From positions 1 through 64,000 of IMG/VR virus record IMGVR_UViG_3300020045_001604: DNA of 64,000 nt; one strand, given 5' to 3'. Within the stretch, counting starts at the first letter, position 1; every line of letters starts with the position of its first letter. This document shows positions 57,901 to 64,000 of the stretch, one piece after another. The DNA comes from a virus (taxonomy: Duplodnaviria; Caudoviricetes). A program made the position numbers and the translations under genes. The notes under the pieces are model-generated. The model worked only from the letters and a program-made list of their open reading frames with translations. It had not been told where the DNA came from and made no database searches.

Positions 57901-59331
57901 ATTAAAAAAATCTGTTAATGAAGTTCCAGCACAGGCATTAGAATAAACTTCATGAGTAGATATAGCATCTATAAATTCCTGACTAGTGGCTAACTCATGA
58001 ACACTTCCATAATCTTTTTGTATATTAAAAACAAAATCATACTCAAAACTATTTTCAGGCGCATCAGTGTAAGAAGCGTCACCTGAATAAGAATCGTGTT
58101 GTAGATTTATATTTATTGAAATGTAAGATCCACTAGTTAATGATATACCTGATAGATCTATATTAAACTGAGAGTTATTAACTGTTTTAGGAGTTGATGA
58201 ATCTATAGTGTATACTGTTCCATCGGTTAAATCAACAGGTAACTCAACGAAACCTACGTCTTCAGATATTAAACTTAAGTCGTAATCAATATCTATTGCA
58301 TTTCCGTTGTTATCTTCTATATTATATCCGTCTACATAGTTACCATACATTAATCTATTACCCATTGTTGTCTGGGCTTTAGCTAATCTAGGAACATTAT
58401 CAAAAAGACGAAGCAATTCACTCTCTGTTAGAGTAGTGTATATTTTTTTATTGGTAAATGATATTTGTTGAATGGAATTATCAAACCATCCTTCTTGATT
58501 TTTATTATACTTTTCTACAACATTTATAATGTTAGAATCAGAAAATTTAAAGCAAATATCAATACCTACTACATTCTTACTACCAGTATTGAAATTAATA
58601 TTAACCGAATTGAATATATTTTCCATTCCGGCATTTTCAAATGTAGAATAATCTATACTAAAATTACCAGGTTCAAAGGCTATTTCACTAAACTGAGAAA
58701 GAGCGCTATACTCTCCATCCTTGTACTTATATCTATAAGCAAATGATATAAACTTATCAGTTATATAGTTCTCTTCGTCTGGAACAAATGCAAGTGTAAT
58801 ATCAGGAGCTGATGATGGAGGAGCAACTATCACAGATATATCACTCTCATCAATTTGATCTATTCCAGCTATTGGCTCGGGATAGTTTCTGGTTACATTT
58901 ATTTTTCTTGGAGGATTTAAATTATCAGTCCAAAACAATAAATTATCAATTAAGTTTATACCAGTAACCAAGTACTCTGAATCGAAGTTAAGCACATCCT
59001 CAGATACAACGTGATACTTTAATAATTTCTTATCAGTATTAAATGACACAACCATATCTACGGTAGGAGATGCTACAAGCCAGTATATGGTCTCGTTAGA
59101 CCCATCCTCATATGCTCCGATACAGGTAGCGTCTACAAGAGGAGATCCATTATACTGCAAGGTAGTTAATTTTATATTACCCTTAGTATTCTCTACAGCA
59201 CCTATACTATTGTTCTCAGTAGATCCTATTCTGATATTTAACGCATCAATGTACTCTCCAGCAGGGACTACACGCTCGTCAAAATCTTTATTCATTCTAC
59301 CGGCAATGAAATTTACATCAGCGTTTGCCAT
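54964..59331 (-). CDS. Tail stabilisation / muzzle protein (P22 gp10-like, 1455 aa)
   Basis: GRMNKD.DER..GEY.DALN, LLFWTDN.NPPRKIN, FAYRYKY.DGEYS..S, GNRLMYGNY, SNRDYEVAIVY.DEYGRS, ESY.I.D. Confidence 0.75.
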   Translation of the reverse strand: MANADVNFIAGRMNKDFDERVVPAGEYIDALNIRIGSTENNSIGAVENTKGNIKLTTLQYNGSPLVDATCIGAYEDGSNETIYWLVASPTVDMVVSFNTDKKLLKYHVVSEDVLNFDSEYLVTGINLIDNLLFWTDNLNPPRKINVTRNYPEPIAGIDQIDESDISVIVAPPSSAPDITLAFVPDEENYITDKFISFAYRYKYKDGEYSALSQFSEIAFEPGNFSIDYSTFENAGMENIFNSVNINFNTGSKNVVGIDICFKFSDSNIINVVEKYNKNQEGWFDNSIQQISFTNKKIYTTLTESELLRLFDNVPRLAKAQTTMGNRLMYGNYVDGYNIEDNNGNAIDIDYDLSLISEDVGFVELPVDLTDGTVYTIDSSTPKTVNNSQFNIDLSGISLTSGSYISININLQHDSYSGDASYTDAPENSFEYDFVFNIQKDYGSVHELATSQEFIDAISTHEVYSNACAGTSLTDFFNCQIITKSGWNEVGSGILNIDGSFVISSSLGSDVIGIQIPALKFSFETSPGIFVYAYEYLSSAIISSSFSELGAKQSLHSNRDYEVAIVYMDEYGRSSTALVDTNNTVFVPAYNSDKKNYIRVNVNSLAPSWATKYKFVVKPSKSQYQVVYSNIYFQEDSGFTWFKLEGDNRSKVQENSTLIVKADSNGVLRNLVKTKVLALEAKGKDFIEGNKNAAEKDIIEPAGLYMKLKPSNFSANYTENSFIDEGEVSEGGSYANLSYPCYIDNPLFGDPGELEFMPYDVPAGSLININFKVTRASRGSDCGERTYTFDKSFTASQDYESLFAFIIGDHIDLTSGNSTGGDTTVNENYFKDTITSPYTGDIPAIPGTNQYEFQEDTTNGRLFFVMKSGTPNCGGVDRRVSRVFCHIQVQRAESIMVFETEAAEANGETYFEGSESFNIIDGYHQGNVINQSISSPFATVDLNFFDCFTFGNGVESYKIGDSLTGAPFYLGSRVTAVSQEDFKEAHRYAGITYSGIYNEETNVNKLNEFNLALANFKDCEKSFGPINILHGRKTDVLTLQEDKISYVLAGKNLLSDAAGGGAITSVPEVLGTQISRIEEFGISSDAASFAAWGEDIYFTDTKRTSVINLKGGSTQADALVPISKLGMNGWFRSEFKDKVNYQKLGGYDPYLKEYVLSITDNKLPTPIDVLECGFTISQDTANNELLFNLEFGNVIGEASFDYNFENGSANVEVSYDGIVVINEVVSGAGTLTFDKSKINPTFATVTITPDEATYILISNCTVADPITVIRVVINSPSNEGETIHNNYNWTLDGYTSPTNIDLVLLESDGLSLYDSNTNQPSVGVIPAIGSTIKVQSEKYITDTFNFDPLANSFKYLVSNTLYTDLDIDILRPLLTEATPIVNPVTGKYQASFVYNNPSGYQYLYLVWDLTNAYSVDLCYDATDRVAACELCGDVPHYAIELCYDATDSALACDCNV

Positions 59332-59336
59332 ATATC

Positions 59337-60254
59337 TTACTTAATCCATTTATCACGACCTCTCATATTCATCAATAATCTACCTGGATGAATATTACTC
59401 AATCTTATTTTTGCATTTCTTAGAAGGGCTGTTTTATCCTTCTTAGCTCTGTTAACTACGTACTCTTGTACGCCAACTTTTGAGTTTAGTATAGCATACT
59501 TGATGTACGCATATATAAACTCTTCGGCAAGTTTATTTATACTAACCTTGGAGTCGTCACCATTCTGCATTCCGTCTGAAATGTATTCTAAAATACATAG
59601 CTCTCCGGCCATTCCAGAACCAAAATTAATAACACCTGAAGCTTTATCTATTCTATATGTTGGATTTATATTAGCTGTTTCGGTATTTAAACCATAGTTA
59701 GCTCCGATAGAATAGTCGAAGTACCAGTTCTGATCTATATTAATACCCTCTCTACCAGCGTATAAGCCACTACCAGGATACATAGTCTTTTGTTGATTAG
59801 TAACCCTGTCATAATCTAAAATAGAAGTACCCTCAAGTACATTTCCATCCTGATCAAATAATACTCTACAGTTATTATCCTGTAAGTAACTATTACTATA
59901 ATTTGTTTGAATATTTTCAGTAAGCGGTCGTAATACACCATCTTTATATAATGATATTCTAACGTAGTTTACGTAGTCGTTAGGTAATATAAACTTAAGG
60001 TCGTCACAGATACTGATTTCTAGAACCTTAATCTCCTTAAGAGCGTCGTAGTTTATTTCTTGAATTCCTCTTTTTGCGTGAAATAAAACATTATATCTCT
60101 GTACGTTGTTTATTAACTTGTCGTTACCAACATACATTAGCATAAAATTATTTACAATATCATCTAAAGATATGTACTGGTACGATCCCCAGTTTTCGTT
60201 TTCAGGTAAATTACCTGAATTCTCATAGTATTGATAACCAGTTAAGTATGCCAT
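59337..60254 (-). CDS. Tail tubular / ring protein (305 aa)
   Basis: Position before the muzzle; LP.DYVNY.R..; I.F.S..ILEY.SDG..I.KLAEE..YAYI. Confidence 0.65.
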   Translation of the reverse strand: MAYLTGYQYYENSGNLPENENWGSYQYISLDDIVNNFMLMYVGNDKLINNVQRYNVLFHAKRGIQEINYDALKEIKVLEISICDDLKFILPNDYVNYVRISLYKDGVLRPLTENIQTNYSNSYLQDNNCRVLFDQDGNVLEGTSILDYDRVTNQQKTMYPGSGLYAGREGINIDQNWYFDYSIGANYGLNTETANINPTYRIDKASGVINFGSGMAGELCILEYISDGMQNGDDSKVSINKLAEEFIYAYIKYAILNSKVGVQEYVVNRAKKDKTALLRNAKIRLSNIHPGRLLMNMRGRDKWIK

Positions 60255-60256
60255 TA

Positions 60257-61009
60257 TTATCCTTGAGTTTGTTGATTCTTAACTTCTTCACTTGTTCCGA
60301 AAGAGAAAACATCTCCCTCTCTAATAGATATACCAGCAAACTGAAGTATCTTAGCTGTTAGTAAAGGCTCGTCTGACAAAGGCAATTCGAAGTCCTGGTA
60401 GTCAGATGCCGATTGATTAAATAGCGGCTCTCCTCCTGATAACGAAGTATACGTCCACTTAGGATCTCTAGGGTATCTAATGTACTGAGTACTAACGTTT
60501 GATGCTATTGTTGTTGGATATACCTTAATACTATCCCCTTCTAAAACATACGCTGGATAAAGTATTGACGGAGCCGTTAAATTAGAAGAAAGTAGGTTTA
60601 GTATCTTATCTTGTGATACCCTATCCACCTCTTTTGATCCGTATCTTACAGTATTCAGATAGTAAAAGTCGCTTGGTAAATTAAATACCGGACTTGAAAA
60701 TGTTAGTGAAGCTGTTGAAGATAGGCTATCAATAACCTCTTCTACGTTCTTAACTATATCTGCATATCCACTTCCAGACTGTCTAGCGTTCTGCTTTAGT
60801 ATCCATGTATTGTACTGGTAGAAGTAGTCTTCAAATATGTCTAACTGCGCTTGCTTAGCGTACAAGTTAAAATCATCTGGAGTAATATACCCAAAATTAT
60901 TCTTGTTAGCTACAGACAATACAGTATTTCTTACTGAGTTTATCATTCTTAAAAACTTTTTACAAAGATAATAAAAAAAAGCGCCCTGTAAAAGAGCGCC
61001 TTTAAACAT
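60257..61009 (-). CDS. Head-tail adaptor / ring protein (probable start MINSVRN, about 60946)
   Basis: GYITP.DFN.YAKQAQL.IF..YIR.P.DPKW. A TATCTTTG box at 60963-60970 lies inside the annotated 5' extension. Confidence 0.65.
   Translation of the reverse strand: MFKGALLQGAFFYYLCKKFLRMINSVRNTVLSVANKNNFGYITPDDFNLYAKQAQLDIFEDYFYQYNTWILKQNARQSGSGYADIVKNVEEVIDSLSSTASLTFSSPVFNLPSDFYYLNTVRYGSKEVDRVSQDKILNLLSSNLTAPSILYPAYVLEGDSIKVYPTTIASNVSTQYIRYPRDPKWTYTSLSGGEPLFNQSASDYQDFELPLSDEPLLTAKILQFAGISIREGDVFSFGTSEEVKNQQTQG
60973..61005 (-). terminator. Intrinsic terminator
   Basis: Minus strand AGGCGCTCT-TTTAC-AGGGCGCT followed by a T-run. Confidence 0.6.
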
Positions 61010-61024
61010 AAAAAGAAAAGTAAT

Positions 61025-61765
61025 TTACTCGATTTTATTCTCAAGTAATCTTAACACTTCAATACCTTCATCTGTCTGTAGGTAAGAAGCTAATATATAA
61101 ATATGATTTTCCCCGAAAGGTACCGTCAATAATTTTTTCTTGTTTTGTGGAAGATTAAAGTAGATATCTCTACCTTTATTCTTTAACTTTAATAAGTCAT
61201 ACTCAAAGAATTTAGCACATGTGTTACGTAACTGTAACATTGGATCATTCAACATCTCTAAGAACGACATTGGATAATTTCTTGCATAAACAAATACGTC
61301 ACGTTTTAATTCAGCAGTAGACATTTTATCAATTTTAGATCCTAATAGAACTCTAGCTACAGCCTCTAAAGAGTCGATATCTAAATCTCTCGCTGCAATT
61401 TGAGCATCTAATTCACTTGTTAATTTTTCAATATCAGATGAAGCGTCCTTTTCAGTGTTTACTTCTTCAAATACTTGGCCATTACCAGGGTGTAGTTCTA
61501 AAAAATATTGTAGTACTGGATTTGTTTTTGATACTTTTAATGCACCGTCTACAAATACAATAGGTTCTAAAATAGCGTTACCATCCTGTTCGTCTTCGAA
61601 CGGGCTCTTTTGGTTAACTGCATATCTTAAAGGTCTGTTTGATTTTCCGTCGAAGTGTAGTAACGGAGATCTACGTGTGTTTCTTGATGCTAACATGTAA
61701 GATAGCGGAGTGTTTTTTTTCTTAAGTACGTACATCTTGTCTGTACTTGAAATTTGATTTGCCAT
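61025..61765 (-). CDS. Conserved protein downstream of MCP (246 aa), probably structural/assembly
   Basis: LRYA.NQKSPFEDEQ..I.F.DG.L.V..LQ.FL..HP.N..F.E. Confidence 0.6.
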   Translation of the reverse strand: MANQISSTDKMYVLKKKNTPLSYMLASRNTRRSPLLHFDGKSNRPLRYAVNQKSPFEDEQDGNAILEPIVFVDGALKVSKTNPVLQYFLELHPGNGQVFEEVNTEKDASSDIEKLTSELDAQIAARDLDIDSLEAVARVLLGSKIDKMSTAELKRDVFVYARNYPMSFLEMLNDPMLQLRNTCAKFFEYDLLKLKNKGRDIYFNLPQNKKKLLTVPFGENHIYILASYLQTDEGIEVLRLLENKIE

Positions 61766-61785
61766 TTGATAAGATTTTAAATTTA

Positions 61786-61820
61786 AAAAAAATAACCAGG
61801 GCTGTTACACCCTGGTATAT
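61786..61820 (-). terminator. Intrinsic terminator after MCP
   Basis: Minus strand ACCAGGG-TGTAACAGC-CCCTGGT followed by ATTTTTTT. Confidence 0.65.
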
Positions 61821-61833
61821 TGTTAACTATTTT

Positions 61834-63234
61834 CTAGTTCTCGAACAAGAAGAAGTTGTTAGCACCTAAAGTACATAAAGCTCTTTCTGACAAGAAGTGA
61901 ACTTCCATAGCATCTAAGCTAGAAGTTTGTGCTCCACCAGCAGAACCAGTAATCCAAGTTTTGTAACGTCTGTCTTCAGTTTCAGAAGCTCTATAACGAA
62001 CGTGTAAGAATGGACGTTTAGCGTTTTTACCAAGTACTTGATCGTAAACAGTAGTAGATCCAGCAGGAACTAATACACCATTGATAGCACCTCCAACAAC
62101 TCCACCTCTAAGTGTAGCGTCGTTTAAGTATTTCCAGTCAGTTTTGTAGAAATCGTAACCTCTACGGAATCCTGTAAATCCTAAGTTTAATGCCATTTCT
62201 TTATCGTTGTCGAACAATCCGTAAGATGTTCCACCAGCTCCGTAAGAGTTTTGAGCAGCCAACATATCGTCGATATCAAAAGAGAATTGACGGTTGATGA
62301 ACAATACGTTCTCTTCGATAGCTCCTTGCTTATCCAAACGTTGGATGATAGCATCAAAATCAGATAAAGCAGTTGGGTTACCACCTGACCATACGTTACC
62401 TCTTTGTCCTACAGCGTAGAATAAACCTTCTGATCCTTTGTTTCCAAAAGCAGTATTAGCTACAGCTCCAGAGTTAGCCTCAGCAGGAACAGCTTCGATC
62501 ATAGACATTTCTAAGTAATCTTCGAAACGCAAACGAGTTTCGTGCTCAGATTTAATGTACCATAAGTATCCAGTAGCACCATTTTCAGTAGTTACTTCAA
62601 CCCATCCGATTTGAGCCATGTCAGAACCAGAAACAGCGTATTTCTCTTTGATGATGATTGGGCTGTTTTCGAAGATATCGTCTTGAGCCTCTAAAGATTC
62701 AGTTTGACCTTCAGTTCCTTTTTTGAATTCAGAACCATAAACAAAAGCAGTAACAGTTGCAGTAGCAGCGAAAGACTGTCCAGCAGCTTCGTAGTAAGCT
62801 ACGTCAAAAGTACCAGCAGTATAATCAACAGAAGTGATGATTGCTTTGTTTGAGTTAGCAGCAGCAGCGTTATCTGATAAGAAAACTGTTTGCCCTGGTT
62901 TGAAAGCGATAGAACCTGTTAAAGCATCACTTACTGTAATTGTAGCAGTATCTCCACCTACAGCTGCGTCAGAAGCACAGTCAATGTATTTAGTGTGAAG
63001 ACGACCTTGCTCTGCCCATTTGATAAGGTCTGAGTTAGACGGCATTTCAGCTCCTACTGCTCTTAAGAAAGATGCAACAGAACGATTTCCGTAACGCTCG
63101 AATTCTTTCTCGTAAGTATCAGGAAGATACTGATTCAAGAAGTCGAAATTTGTAATGTAGTTAGTGCTTAAAGTTTGTCTTGTAGCACTTGGTTGTAATG
63201 CAAACCCTGGGGTTGCTTGTACTGATCCAGCCAT
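61834..63234 (-). CDS. Major capsid protein, copy 2 (466 aa)
   Basis: Follows the scaffold, has a strong terminator and biased codons; QYLPD.YE.E.ERYGNR, DLIKWAEQGRLH, FYKTDWKYLND, F.SER.LC..GANNF. Confidence 0.85.
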   Translation of the reverse strand: MAGSVQATPGFALQPSATRQTLSTNYITNFDFLNQYLPDTYEKEFERYGNRSVASFLRAVGAEMPSNSDLIKWAEQGRLHTKYIDCASDAAVGGDTATITVSDALTGSIAFKPGQTVFLSDNAAAANSNKAIITSVDYTAGTFDVAYYEAAGQSFAATATVTAFVYGSEFKKGTEGQTESLEAQDDIFENSPIIIKEKYAVSGSDMAQIGWVEVTTENGATGYLWYIKSEHETRLRFEDYLEMSMIEAVPAEANSGAVANTAFGNKGSEGLFYAVGQRGNVWSGGNPTALSDFDAIIQRLDKQGAIEENVLFINRQFSFDIDDMLAAQNSYGAGGTSYGLFDNDKEMALNLGFTGFRRGYDFYKTDWKYLNDATLRGGVVGGAINGVLVPAGSTTVYDQVLGKNAKRPFLHVRYRASETEDRRYKTWITGSAGGAQTSSLDAMEVHFLSERALCTLGANNFFLFEN

Positions 63235-63247
63235 TTTGTTTTAGTTT

Positions 63248-64000
63248 TTAATTGTTTCTATTACTTTTTATTTTTAGTCCTCTTCCGCTATCTCCATCAG
63301 ATGCGACAACTTTAAATCCAGACTGAGCAATTGATTGTGGAGAGTTTCTCATCTCCATATCTATATTCTTAATTCTTTTGGTGTTATCTAATAACGCCTC
63401 TGCTCTACCTTGTTCATAAAAGAACTTAGCAACTTTTTCTGGATTCATAGCGGCAGCTAATGAACGATGGTAACCAACATGGTCTGAAATTAATCCGTTT
63501 TCATCTAAATACTTAGATATAAAATTGGTAACGTCAGATTGTGCCTTCTTAATCTCTGCAACATCTCCGGGTAAAAACTTAATTGTCTTATCTCCTACAT
63601 TGAAATCAAAACCTTTGAATTCATCAGAGAAAAGTTCTTCAGTCTTCTTTTGGAAGTATTGAGACTTCTTAAGATTCTCTTCTTGTTGACTAGTGGAATC
63701 TTGAACATATTTCTTGTAAGCATTGTAAGTTTCCTTTTCGTCATCCGAAACCAATCCACCTTTTGACTCAAGAGGCGTCTTATAAGTTTCTTTGTACTCA
63801 TCAAAAAACTTCTTAGCTTTAGCAAGCTCTTTTTTCTTAGCGATTTCCTTTTTCTTGATATCCTTAGGATCATCAAACTCTTCATCGTAAGCAAACTTAT
63901 CTTCGATCATATATTGAATATCATCTCTGTCTAAGTCCTCTTCTGTTTGAGAGTAGTACTCAACTAATAAATCATCCGGATCCATATCATCAAAGTTTCT
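63248..64000 (-). CDS. Capsid scaffolding protein, copy 2 (5' end beyond the window)
   Basis: Frame is open to the window edge; homologous to 239..1330. Confidence 0.75.
   Translation of the reverse strand, partial: RNFDDMDPDDLLVEYYSQTEEDLDRDDIQYMIEDKFAYDEEFDDPKDIKKKEIAKKKELAKAKKFFDEYKETYKTPLESKGGLVSDDEKETYNAYKKYVQDSTSQQEENLKKSQYFQKKTEELFSDEFKGFDFNVGDKTIKFLPGDVAEIKKAQSDVTNFISKYLDENGLISDHVGYHRSLAAAMNPEKVAKFFYEQGRAEALLDNTKRIKNIDMEMRNSPQSIAQSGFKVVASDGDSGRGLKIKSNRNN

Noticed and set aside
1-64000. Terminal direct repeat or circular overlap explaining the similar ends
   Set aside because: The ends are homologous at protein level but clearly differ in sequence (MCP N-termini about 62% identical), so they are not the same locus read twice.
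1-64000. Stop-codon reassignment as in some crAss-like phages
   Set aside because: Core genes are full-length in the standard code; TAG terminates MCP2, the MazG-like gene and the 2226-aa gene; no suppressor tRNA is seen.
1-64000. Prophage or host-chromosome context
   Set aside because: No integrase, repressor/antirepressor switch, att site or bacterial housekeeping block is recognisable; groL and the ferredoxin sit within phage operons.

Overview
The window is almost one full genome unit (~63 kb) of a tailed dsDNA phage with a podovirus-like, crAss/Cellulophaga-phage-like gene layout. The host is very likely Bacteroidota, because TAnnTTTG -7 promoter boxes precede many genes. The left arm (minus strand) carries GroEL/GroES, small basic proteins, lysis genes, a Gly/Ser/Thr-repeat tail fibre, terminase, portal, scaffold and the start of a major capsid protein (MCP). 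A glycosyltransferase and a GIY-YIG gene are inserted there on the plus strand. The centre (20.4-25 kb) is an ncRNA and origin hub: tRNA-Ile2(CAT), three tRNA-like RNAs with rebuilt anticodon arms, an iteron-like array around an AT-rich core, and three complete hammerhead ribozymes interleaved with the first early genes. The plus-strand early and replication arm (23-44.4 kb) encodes many small cassette genes, a ferredoxin, recombination proteins, SSB, primase-helicase, SF2 helicase, ThyX, a phosphoesterase and a MazG-like enzyme, but no recognisable DNA or RNA polymerase. The right arm (minus strand) has a second, divergent scaffold plus MCP, tail ring and muzzle proteins, and ejection proteins including a 2226-aa polyvalent protein. 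Highlights are the hammerhead array that would cut early mRNA into single-gene units, the two divergent scaffold/MCP pairs 63,017 bp apart, a TibC/BAHT-like glycosyltransferase beside a Ser/Thr-repeat fibre, and the anticodon-rebuilt tRNA mimics. All protein family calls come from motif recognition by eye; no database searches were run.
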